Assembly (NCBI GenBank): GCA_964035545.1 | Contig: OZ037770.1 | Coordinates: forward strand, 8,066,973-8,130,972 | Direction: 5' to 3' | DNA length: 64,000 nt | Source: Bugula neritina | Lineage: Eukaryota; Animalia; Bryozoa | Part shown: in pieces, positions 1 through 11,084 of the stretch | How the letters are laid out: each line of letters opens with the position of its first letter | Position numbering within the stretch: position 1 is the first letter of the stretch | Program-made: the position numbers and the translations under genes | The notes under the pieces: model-generated | Seen by the model: the letters and a program-made list of their open reading frames with translations, nothing else | Database searches by the model: none | Told to the model about the DNA's origin: nothing

Positions 1-80
1 ACTTTTCAATGTATAAAGCAAAATAAAATGTATTGATGTAGAGATCTATTAGTATTAGAAGAAAGCAATGGTAGGGACGC

Positions 81-2120
81 TCAGTGGGGACAAAAGTGAG
101 CAGTCTGCTCAACACCGACTTCAAGTCTAATGTCCCTGATTGTTCTGGGGAGGAAGCTATGATAAAATGGGCCAGTTTTTGAAGAGAGTGACGTTACCAA
201 TCCCTGTGACTGAAAACGCGTGGTTACATTGGTATTTACAGAAGTTGTGTTCTCTTCCAAGAATTTAGTGAAAATCTCTGTCGGGCTACCAGCCATTTTT
301 TTGTAGATCTTCACTCTCAACTCTCTACAGCGAACTTCCAGAGTGCTGAGGCGTAATTTTTCTCGAGCCTCTGACACACTGTCAGTACGGCTTTTTAAGT
401 TTCCTATAAATCGGATAGCCAGATTTTGAACTCCCTCAATTTTATTTATAAGTTTTTGTGTATAAGGGTCAAATACCTGGCATCCATACTAAAGTATGGG
501 GTGGCATAGGGCAGTGAAAGCAAGTAATTTTGTTTTACGCGGCAAATTCGATAGTGTTTGCCTTATCAACCCCAGGATCTGAGAGGCCTTTTTAACTTTT
601 GCTCTATATGTTTGTCAAACTTTAGATTATTTTGTATAATGACGCCTAGATATTTGGCCTCTTCAACCTCACTAACTTTTTCTCCTGCGAGAGTGTAGGT
701 ACCATTAGAATTTGGTCTTTTATAGAAGAACATTATTTAGGTCTTTTTAATATTGAAACCCATGCCTCATTTTATAGACCATTCATATATGTTGTTTATG
801 TCTTTTTGAAAACTTTCAGAGTCACTTGAGTGAATCACAGACTTAAAAATGACGGTATTGTCTGCAAATAAACTACCATTACAGGAGAAGCAATCAGGCA
901 TATCGTTAATATACAATAAAAAGAGTTTGGGGCCAATGACCGATCCTTGGGGTACACCAGAGGTAACCAACACTTCTTCGCTAAAGCAGTTTTGCAGAAC
1001 AACTCTTTGAGTTCTATTGGTAAGAAAGTCTTTGAGCCAAGATATGATATAGGGTGAGATGCTGTTAATCATTTTATCAATAAGTAGATGATGAGGGACA
1101 ACATCAAATGCCTTACGAAAATCAAGGATTAAGGCATGGACAGCGTTTTTAGAATCAACCATTTTAGCAATTTCGTGGCAAGTCAGCGTCAGCTGAGTCT
1201 CACACGATAAGCCAGCCCTGAAACCATGCTGACATGATGATAAAATGTCGTTCAGCTCATGATTCAGGGCATGTAACAGTATGTGTTCAGCTATTTTGCA
1301 TGGTATGCTTGTCAGGGATATGGGTCTGTAATTTGTTACGCTGCTTTTATTACCAGATTTGATAACCGGAGTGACATTTGCGGATTTCCAGCCAACAGGA
1401 ACAGTACCAGATTGAATGGAAAGGTTAATTATTTTTGAAAGACATTGACCAAATAATTCTGGGTCAAGCTTTAATAGCGTGTCATTTATCCCGTCAGGTC
1501 CAGCTGCTTTTCATTTTTTAAGATTAAGTATTAGATTGGCTATGCCATGACTATGAACCTTTAGGTTTTTAGGCAAAGGAAGTTTGTCATTGGCATTATT
1601 TATACAACCAAAGGACTCGGGTAAGAGAACGTGAGCTTTAGTGAATTGTGCCTGGAAAAAGGAATTTAAAAGATTGGCAATTTTAACTGGATCTTTTATT
1701 AGGTTATCTTTTTCAAGCAACCTTAACAACTCATTTTTGTTAGATGATAATGACTCAATATACAAGAAGAAGGGCTTTGAGTTTCCCTTTTCCAAAAGCT
1801 CATTTATTGTCAGAGATATGTATGTCGTTTTAGCTAACTTACAAGATGGTTGGTAGAGCTGTTGATCTGTCTTGTATTTTTTCAGTAGGTGTGGGTCTTG
1901 GAAAGACATATCTTTTATAAAGATTTTTTAAGGCCCTACATTTACGTTTCAATGCATGTGTATACCATATTGATCCCCTTTTAGGCACAATGACTTTTTT
2001 AGGGATTTCGGTATTTATCAAATCATGTATCTGTTTCACAATAATCCCAAACTAGGTCTATAGTGGAAGTCTTATTAATTATATCATTCAGTCTATCCCA
2101 AACAGTTCTAAGTTTGTTTG
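81..2120 (-). mobile_element. Degenerate, 5'-truncated non-LTR retrotransposon (CR1/L2-group LINE) ORF2 reverse transcriptase
   Basis: Broken minus-strand frames give LINE RT motifs: WKSANVTPV..NYRPISLTS, QHGFRAGLSCETQL, LDFRKAFDVVPH, VTSGVPQGSVIGPKLFLLYIND, LFADNT, and C-terminal LRLSTLEVR. Multiple frameshifts; boundaries approximate. Confidence 0.85.
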
Positions 2121-2127
2121 TATATAG

Positions 2128-2433
2128 TGTTATGATTTTCAGAATTAGGGTCGATGTGCAACCAAGAGAGTCTATTTATTGCTAGAGAAACTTCACCGTG
2201 ATAAGTCGAGTAGATATCGTTATATTTAGGTACAGGAATACATAATAAAATCTAATATAAACAGTCAACAATACACACGTCTAGTTAATTTACTGCACTA
2301 TCCTCAACTGGCTAGTAGCGCGAAGCTAACTACTGCTACTCAATATCAACTTAGCTAATTGGCTGGGTATATAGTTCCGGGTCAATATGCGACCTTGCGT
2401 ATTGTGCTGCTGGTAGCTCCATGAGCCACCAAA
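2128..2433 (-). repeat. E1 3' LTR
   Basis: Near-identical direct repeat of 9284-9589; preceded on the minus strand by a G-rich PPT (GGGGGCGG). Confidence 0.95.
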
Positions 2434-2714
2434 CCGCCCCCGCCAGCAGAAAGCCCTCTTTCTGATATACAAAATATAATTTACAAGTAACCAGGTACAT
2501 CAGTGGACTAACGAGAAAAAAAGATATAAAATGTATTTACAGGAACCAATCTAATTAGATATATATATGTATATAAAAAAATATGTGCACAATAAATTGA
2601 CATTAGGTCATGAGTAAGTCTTATCTACAGGCAGAGTACATGCCACCGTAACGGTAGGGAATGCCACAGAGAGGTAGTAGAGGAGTAAGATGGAAGTTGG
2701 AGAGAGAACTCAGG

Positions 2715-3790
2715 TTACTCCTGGGCGGCTCGTTTCATGCGTTTGATAGACTCCTGTAGCGACCAGAGCTCACTGGATGCGGCATGAATGCGGGGGGCCA
2801 GTCTGTATACCTCTTGCTCCAGGTCGTTTGCCCTAGTCTCTACTTCTCGTAAGTTGCGGGCCAGAGGAGATGAGCGAGAGAAAGTCTGCTGCTGCCAGTG
2901 CCTTTTCCGTTCTGAGGATGAAAGTGGGGGAGGGAGTGTGTACGTCTTTGTGTCTACCCTCTGTAGTACGACACGGGGGAGCGTATGCGGTTGACGTATG
3001 GGACTGAGAGGTGGGGGATTAGATGATTTTGTAGGCTTATCCATGGGTTCAGAAATGATGGGTCGAGGAGAGGGAAAGCCTTGCTCCAGGCGAGATAGCC
3101 GAGCTGGGTCGGTGATGAGAGGTCTGATAGCTTCAAGGAATGCGGGGTATGACGATTTATCTACGTTGTATACGTGTCCCTGAAAGCAATGCATGGTGCG
3201 TTGATGACACAGTAGGTAGTCACGATTATAACTATATTCCCCGCAGGGGCAGAACGTTGTGATATAATGCTGTGGCAAGTGGACTCTCAGTCTACGATGG
3301 GTTGTAAATCGCTGTTGACATAGCTGGCACTCGCGGTTACTGCCATCTCCTCTATGTTTCTTAATTTCTGTCTCTGTGGCAGGGGTAGTCCAGTTAGAGG
3401 TTGCTTCTAGCTGGGGTGGCAGTTGTCTGGTTGTGGAAGTTGGTGGGGCCGGCTTCGGGTCCCACGCCATCTCTAGGGAAGGCATGCCCGGAGAGACGGG
3501 CGCGAGTGTGTTTACAAGAGTAGAATTATTGTTAGATTGGGCGGATCTTTACAACATAATTCTAGTGACTGTCGACTGTTACTAGTCTGAGAGTCACAAC
3601 TTTTAGAATGCACTCGAGAAACCAGTGAATCATGTGTGGACTGACTAAGAACAGCGTCTAGCTCCAGGTCTAACAGACCGTCGGCCATTACAGTGTCCTC
3701 GTCGTCATTCACGTGAAACGTGGTTCCCAGTAATTCTGATTCAATCTGATGAATTAGTTCAGAATTTACTGGCATCGAGCCCGTTTCCAT
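2715..3790 (-). CDS. E1 extra gene (ORF3): acidic segment + double zinc finger + basic/Pro region + coiled coil
   Basis: ORFs 3512-3790 (acidic) and 2715-3485 (CQLC-x12-H-x3-H; CPC-x12-H-x4-HC; C-terminal heptads). Homologous to the same-position ORFs in E2, E4 and E5. Confidence 0.8.
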
Positions 3791-3807
3791 GAATAGGAAT
3801 ACAAGAC

Positions 3808-6800
3808 TTATACTGGCTTACCTGGGAACTCGGTATTAATGTCCATACTCAACGTTCTTGGTAAGATTGGAGCTGGTTGTGAGATACGTCTGCCTTTGGC
3901 GATGTCAGCGTAAGAAAAGGCTGAGCATCGTTTCTGGGGCACGAGGTCGGAACTATTTGCTTTACGCGCATTAATTCCTCCCACTATTCCGCCCTCGCAA
4001 AAGTTGATATTTGCGTGGGGTTCACAACTCCAACATTTCACCGTACGGTTTTCCCCTAGACTTTCATGCATGCCGCTTTTAATGCAGTCACATACGAAGT
4101 CTTTTAAATATGGTGGGGGTTTCCTCGTACGCTGTCCCCGTTTTAGGGGGGATCGACACGCTCGCCGGTTTATTAGTAGGGGCCTCTAATGGCGTCTCTA
4201 CTTCACCGTTAGCGGTTACCTCTTCTTGTTCTCCGGATGGAGCCCCTCCCTCCGTGGGGGTTTGCACTTCCGGAACCGGCTCGGTTTCTGGAAGTGATGG
4301 AATTAGACTTGGCGGCGGCGGACACGCTTCTGTTGGCAAAAGCTGTCGTTCTTCTCTCACCAAGTTTTCCTCCCGCGGTATGACCACTTCATATTCAGGT
4401 CCATGCCGCCGTCGCCCGCGTGTTGTTGTCTGCCTCCTGGGCTCCAACAACGGGGGGGGGGCTTCTCCCACTGTGTCGGGGCTAGCCCAGTGCGGCTTCA
4501 AGCGAGACTCATTCTGGATAGACACCTGCCCTGAGCGCTCAATCTTGTACGTATGGTTGGGCATAGCCTCGACGATCACGTAGGGTCCCACGAACTTAGG
4601 CTGTAACTTAGCCGCCTGTCCGCGACGCCTACGGTAATTGATCATCCAAACCTTATCTCCCGTTTGATAGAGGGGTGGTTCCTCGGAATCTTCGTGTCGC
4701 ACCTTCCACTGCTGTTTGCGCAGCATTTCATGCGCGACCTTCATCCGTTCCACTAGTTCACTGGCATACTCGTGAACCGAGTTGTCTTGCTCTGGAACGT
4801 GGTAGGTAAGATGGTCAGGGACGCGGGTCTCTCTCCCGAGCATCAAGAGGTTTGGGGTCTCACCAGTACTGGTGTGTGGGGTGCTACGGTAGACACGCAT
4901 GACTTGCGGCAACACCATGTCCCATTCCTCTTGGCTGCGTCCGAGGAGGAGACTCCGGAGCGCATCACCTAGCATCCGGTTGTTGCGCTCCACCACCCCA
5001 TTACCTTGTGGGTGATAGGGGGTGGTCCTGCTTTGATTTACTCCCCAGAGGCGGCAAAGGTTGCTCATCAGTTGGGACTGGAATTGAGCGCCTTGATCAG
5101 AGTGTATCTGTTCGGGGAGACCGAAATAGCAGAATACATGTTGGTCTAGTACCCTGGCCACTGTTGGGGCTGACGCATCTGGGATAGCCAGAGCATCTGC
5201 CCACCTAGTAAAGTGGTCGGTCAGTACTAAGATCCAACTATTGCCTCTGGGGGTCAGGGGCATGGGTCCGACCAGGTCTACAGCGACTATTTGCCAGGGC
5301 CTTCCAGCATATAGCCTCCGCCGTCCCGCTTCACCAGGGAGACGGCCATGCTTAGTGGCCTGGCAGATCTCACACTGTTTGACTCTGAGTCGGACGTCCC
5401 GCTCCATTTGTGGCCAATACTACAGGAGTCGTAATTTGGAGATCACTCTCTTGACCCTGCGTGGGCCTGTTTGTGAGTGTCCCAAATCAACTCACAGCGG
5501 GTGGCAGTGGGACAGACTACCCTCTTCCTCTCTGGGTGTCTGCCGCTGGCAGCTAGAGAGATGGTCAGTAAACCATCCTGCCCGATCCGCAGCGAGTCCC
5601 AACGCTGACAGTATAGCCGGAACTCGGCGCATCCCTGTCGTATGCGTTCCTCGCTGGGTCGTCGCCCTTCCTTTTTGGCCCGGTATATGTCTGCCACGAC
5701 TCCAGGCAGCTCTTCTTGGAGCTTCTTCAGCTCTCGGACATTATCGGCCAGCACAGGGTTGGTGCGGAGGTTTTGTACAACCTCTGGGGACTCGTCAACC
5801 TCCTGTCTGAGTTGACCCTGGTCCCAGTCAAACGGTGCTCCGTGGTGAGCCAGCGTTTCCAACTCGCATCGCGGGGGACCTCCATCCCTCCTCTCGATGT
5901 TGAGACACTGTTTGCAACCTCCATCAGGTCGGCGGCTCAAACCATCCGCATTGCTGTGTCTCTTGCCCGGTCGATGTTCGATCCGGTATGAGAATTCAGC
6001 TAGGATTTCGAGCCACCGGGCGACCTGACTGGAGGGCTCTGCTCTCTTGCGCAACCAGATCAGCGAGGCATGATCTGTACACAGCCGGAACTTCCTGCCG
6101 TATAAGTATGGTCTGAAGTGCTTCACTGACTTGATTACTGCCAGCAGCTCCTTGTGGGTAGTGCAGTAATTTCGTTCAGCGGGCGAGAGAGACTTACTGT
6201 AGTAGGCTACTACTACCTCTCGGCCTTCCTGCACTTGAGACAGCACAGCGCCAACATTTTGGTCACTGGCGTCAGTGTCGAGGATGTACTCCACAGTGGG
6301 GTCTGGGTAGGCCAAGATGGGCGCCGTTAGTAGGCTGCCCTTGAGGCGATCGAACGCTTCTTGTTCGACTGGGGTCCACTGCCACGTCACTCCCTTTGCG
6401 GTGAGCCGGTTTAACGGCTGTGCTATGCCCGCAAAGTCTGGTATGTATTGCCTGTAATACCCTACCAGCCCCAAGAAAGCCCGGAGTCCGGTCAAGTCTT
6501 GGGGGGTGACCCAGTCTTCTATCGCCTGTACCTTTTCGGGATCCAATGCTACGCCGTTTCGACCGACAACGTGCCTCAGGTACTTGACCTCCGGCTGCAA
6601 TAGAGAGCACTTGAAAGGTTTGAGCTTAAGACCGGCACCTCGGAGTCTCTCGAGGACCTCCCACAGACGACTGACATGCGTCTCGAAGTCTGGGAAGATC
6701 ACGATGACATCATCGAGGTAGACCAGCAGTGTCTTCCAATGGAGCCCGCTAAGGACTTGCTCCATCAGCCTCTGGAAGGTGGCTGGGGCGGAGGTTAGCC

Positions 6801-8435
6801 CGAAAGGCAACACCTTCCACTTCCACAAACCGTCCCGGGTGATAAACGCCGCTTTCTCCTGGGCATCGGGACTCAGAGGGACTTGCCAGTAGCTACTCAG
6901 CAAGTCTAACGTACTGAAGTACTTGCTGCCGGCTAGGGCATCCAATGACTCGTCAATACGAGGGAGAGGGTAGGTGTCCTGTATGGTTACGCTATTGAGT
7001 TTGCGGTAATCCACACAGAACCTCCAACTGCCGTCTTTCTTCCGGACCAGTACGACCGGCGAGCTCCACGCACTATGGGCGGGCTCTATGAGGCCGCGGT
7101 CCAGAAGATCCCGCACCTGTCGGCTAACCTCCTTCTCTTTTTCTGGCCCCAGCCTACGTGTGGGTTGCCGGACAGAGGCTGTCCCTGCAGTCAGCGGTAT
7201 TTTGTGTCTGACAACTCCAGTCAGTCCCACGTCATGATCTCCGCTGCTGAACACATCACCGTAGTCGCGTAGCAACTTCGCCATAGCTTGGCGTTCCTTG
7301 TTGCTCGCGCAGCCGCCACAGGCTGTTTCGTATAACTCCCAGAGATGTGTTGGGACCGTCCCTCGCCCCTGAGTAGGGTGTCGAGGGGGTGCCTCCGTCG
7401 CGTCACCCAGCGACGGGCCCACGTCCTCCTCCTGGACGGAGTGGAACCGGCCCAGCATTGACCCAGCTGGAAGCTCAAGGGGCTCGGTAAAGGGGTTGAC
7501 ACACTGCACCGAGACCTCCCCTCGCTCAGTTAGTCGGTTTAAACTACTAGCAAGTTGGATCCTTTCGTGCGCGCCTTCAACGACCCCGAGTCTGGCTATC
7601 CGGTTGCTGTTCACTCGGCAGTGGATAGTAGCTCTGGAGCGTCCGGGCACGGTGCAGTTTCGAACTACCTGAACACCACCCACCAGAGAACGCCCAAACT
7701 TATCCACACAGGCGAGTTCTCGCCCGCCCATCAGCACTACCGACTTGCTAAAGTCTATTCGGCACTGGTGCTGCTTCAAGAAGGGCATTCCAAGGATAGC
7801 ATCTTCCTCCAGTTGGCTTATGACAAAGGTCTTCTGTACAGCCTGGTCTCGGACACGTCCAGGGAGCTCGATAATCCCGTAGAAGGGGATACACGACCTG
7901 TCTGCCAGGGTGCCATGTTCCCCTGTATACGGTCGTACTCTATCCCTGTCCCGGCGGGGCAGTGCCTCAAAGATCCTGCGACTGAGAAGGTTAGTAGTAC
8001 AACCGGAGTCTAGCAGGAAGGTGACGGTGTTACCCGCCACCTTTCCGGGTAGGAAATAGCTCTCTCCGTGTGGTTGTACTTTCACCCCCCCGCATGTGCT
8101 GTCCTGGATGAGTAGGACGGCGGGGGTTTCACCCGTGGTTTATGGGGTTTCCGGCGGCGAGGTTGGTGCCGGCGGGGTTCGGAGCTCTCCACTGGGCCTT
8201 CCGGCTCTATTTCAGTGGCGGGCTCCTCTTCCCGAGGTAACCGGTGGAACCGGTTAGCGAGTGGCAGGGAGAAGGTACTCTGCTGCTGTGTGGGTCGGCA
8301 AGTCCTGCGTGGTACCTGCCACTCGGGGGGAGTGTACCGTCGTGTCCGTACGAACAGACGGCGGCGTGTCCCATCATGCTCCTTCAGTTGCGGCCCGCAG
8401 GGAGGGAGGGCGTCCGCGGGCCGTGACAGTTTAAC
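3808..8435 (-). pseudogene. pol: E1 pol (protease-RT-RNase H-integrase), interrupted
   Basis: LLDSGC protease motif, RT YLDD, RNase H DTDAS, integrase core (VDLVGP..HSDQG..VER) and GPY motif in ORFs 5443-8085 and 4088-5407; frameshift/stop near 5420-5460 and near 4140. Confidence 0.93.
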
Positions 8436-9250
8436 GCCCCTTGGTGTTGGGGTCGTCTTTGCTGTCCATGGTCTTGACCAGCACTACTCCAGCCCGGCCC
8501 CACAAGTGTTGGGGGTCACCGCAGGACCTGACCGGGGCCAGCGCCGGCCAGAATCGTTACCAGCTGTCCCAGCATCTCTACAATACGGTCCACTTCGGCT
8601 TCCAGAGGGGGAGCTTTGGGGCCCGTCGTAGCTCTGGCAGCACTGACTCCAACTGCTGGTGGGTTCCGTTGTGCTCGATGCATTTGGGTAGCCAACAGGT
8701 AAGCTTCTCCAGCCTTCAGGGCATCCTCTATTCTGGTTATCCCTTTAGCTCGTAGTTGATGGTGTAGGCCCAGGTCGTTTAGTGACTGGACAAAGGCGTC
8801 GTAGGTGTAACGCTCTTGGTGTTGTGCTGGTAGATCACCATACGCAATTTGTGCCAGCTTCTTCACCGTCGCGGCATGTTCTTGTAGCGAGGTCCGCGGG
8901 GCGCGGCACAATCTCTGTAGCTTGGTCCTGGCGCCTATTGCAGAGATGCCAAAACGGGCCCGCAACGCAGCCAATATCCGGTCTACGTTCATTCCTACTC
9001 CGTACGGCTTGGCTTGTTCTGTCAACGCTCTCCGCAATTGGATAAGGGCCACTCTGTGCGGCCATTGGGCAATATCCATTACTTTTCTAAACTCTTGTAT
9101 AAATTGTTTGACATCTTCTGACCCAGTAAAGGTGGGGGTTTTCAAGCAGTATCTATAAGCTTCTTCTCCCACATGATTTACAGGGTTAATATCGTTTCTA
9201 CGCTCACCTTCTACTGGGGGTGGTTGCGTTCTAGCATTTTCAGTCTCCAC
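8384..9250 (-). pseudogene. gag: E1 gag
   Basis: ORF 8516-9250 (PTFTGSEDVKQFIQEF...) continues in frame past a TGA to 8384; start codon is GTG; CCHC knuckle degenerate. Confidence 0.88.
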
Positions 9251-9264
9251 CTTTGATTTACACT

Positions 9265-9282
9265 ATCCCACCGCTGCCACCA
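9265..9282 (-). promoter_or_regulatory. Primer-binding site, tRNA-Leu
   Basis: Plus strand ATCCCACCGCTGCCACCA equals the 3' 18 nt (with CCA) of metazoan tRNA-Leu(AAG/TAG), 1 nt from the LTR. Same PBS at 20863-20879 and 43859-43876; ACTG variant at about 46453-46470 and 63819-63836. Confidence 0.88.
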
Positions 9283-9283
9283 C

Positions 9284-9589
9284 TGTTATGATTTTCAGAA
9301 TTAGGGTCGATGTGCAACCAAGAGAGTCTATTTATTGCTAGAGAAACTTCACCGTGATAAGTCGAGTAGATATCGTTATATTTAGGTACAGGAATACATA
9401 ATAAAATCTAATATAAACAGTCAACAATACACACGTCTAGTTAATTTACTGCACTATCCTCAACTGGCTAGTAGCGCGAAGCTAACTACTGCTACTCAAT
9501 ATCAACTTAGCTAATTGGCTGGGTATATAGTTCCGGGTCAATATGCGACCTTGCGTATTGTGCTGCTGGTAGCTCCACGAGCCACCACA
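9284..9589 (-). repeat. E1 5' LTR
   Basis: TG...CA termini, adjacent PBS, flanking TSD ATAG. Confidence 0.95.
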
Positions 9590-10379
9590 ATAGTATAGTA
9601 TAAGTATATAGCTATCAGGCTGAATCTAGTACAGCAGACAGCAGTAAAGTAGTAGTACTATTAATAATAGTAATAGTAATACTATTAAGAACAATGAATA
9701 TGATTATCATATTCATTGTATGTTTGCACTTGTTTTCGCAATAATCATAACGATACTGAGTTTTATGACAGTACACAAGTAACACATACTGTTACTGTTA
9801 GGAAGAAAACTTATGAGGAAAAACAACTCTTTCAAAGAGTTTACAGTAAAAAAATTGGCACTGCTGGCACCTAATTAACCTTCTTTATTTTAATTTCTGT
9901 AGTCAAACCTCAAATTTTTACCACAATTTCATAGTTTCGTTGGACTTAGCACACATTAAAACGCTTCTCACTAATAAAACGATGTACCTTTAATGGTTTT
10001 TAGGTTTTTGAGTTATTGCTATTTTTTTTTTGTTTCAGATTCAACCTATTTGTGCCTATATACTCCTTAAAAATTGACAAAACGTTCTGGATTTTCCGAT
10101 ACTATTGTCATATACTAAGCAGTTACTGACCTTAAGTAACTAAGCAGTTACATTTATTGTCATGTACTAATCAATTATTGTTATACAGCCAATTATATAT
10201 TTCATTTAACCTTTATTTTATTTAGGTGCCTAACAGATATAATTATATTACGTAGTGTATACTATATTATTCTGGGCTTTAGTATTTAGCAAATTATTTA
10301 TTAAATAGTGGTGTGTGTAAAGTAGTAAAAAGCATTGTCTTAACTTCGTTTGGTTAACTCTCCTTCAATTCAGATGTTA

Positions 10380-10780
10380 ACAACATTGATTGCAGCTTCT
10401 GCATCTTCAGGTGGCCTAGTTAACATATTTTCAGTTTGTATGACATGAATAGGTTTTGAGCGACACTCTCATGCCCAGTGTCCTCTTTTGTTACAGTTGT
10501 AACAGGTAAATTCATAACTGTCTTTCTTTTGACCATCTGCTCCTGGAGCAGAGGTCCGGTTGCTTTGTGTGTTCCTGTATATATTAAAATTTTGTCCTGC
10601 CCAGTTGTGGTATCCTGTTTGCAGAGGGGCGAGGGTCGTTCTCTATTAGAAAGAGTTTAACTTTCCACCAACTCATTTGATGTAAATGTCCAATGAGGTC
10701 TTACCCAGTAGCGGACTTCATTTTGTAAGCTTTCAAAATGTGTTATAAATTGTCATTTTAAACAATAATACCGGAGGTTA
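10380..10780 (-). pseudogene. Relic retroelement gag fragment with CCHC zinc knuckle
   Basis: Minus strand around 10455-10510 translates FTCYNCNKRGHWA*ECRSK (C-x2-C-x4-H-x4-C with an internal stop). Boundaries approximate. Confidence 0.6.
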
Positions 10781-11084
10781 GATAGTATTGAGTTGGTATC
10801 TTTGCAAATAGCATAAAATTCACATTCTCACTTCATCTGCTCTAAACTTCAGTGTTTGAGTTTTGCACTGCGTGTAATGCTATCACTATTGCTACCTTCT
10901 TTTGAAGATATCAAGCATTCAGCCATACCAAAGAGAAGCGATATGAAACTAGCAACACTCAGTTAAAGTTTGTTAACTGGTCCTGAATATTATTATTATT
11001 TAAATTCATCTTCAAGCTTCTCTCAACTTCTACAATAAAGCTGCTGTTACCATCTTCATAACTTATTGCCACGAAGCAACTGTG

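Larger units (their letters stand above)
2128..9589 (-). mobile_element. Ty3/Gypsy LTR retrotransposon E1 (full length, decayed ORFs)
   Basis: 306-bp LTRs at 2128-2433 and 9284-9589 (2 differences seen by eye), 4-bp TSD ATAG (2124-2127 / 9590-9593), tRNA-Leu PBS, G-rich PPT, order gag-PR-RT-RH-IN. Confidence 0.97.

Noticed and set aside
2715-3790. ORF3 as an env gene
   Set aside because: No signal peptide, transmembrane helix or fusion-protein features; it has zinc fingers and basic NLS-like motifs instead.
6506-6721. Antisense/alternative-frame ORFs recurring in each pol copy (also 25920-26135, 49078-49293, 60977-61192)
   Set aside because: Expected shadows of conserved GC-rich RT codons; no independent motif.
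9265-9282. tRNA-Leu gene
   Set aside because: Only the 18-nt 3' end including CCA is present, next to an LTR: it is a primer-binding site.
10800-11084. Homologue of the vertebrate SLC35A4 upstream-ORF microprotein
   Set aside because: No recognisable ORF upstream of ATG 11085; 5' UTR exons are unknown, so it is unsupported rather than excluded.
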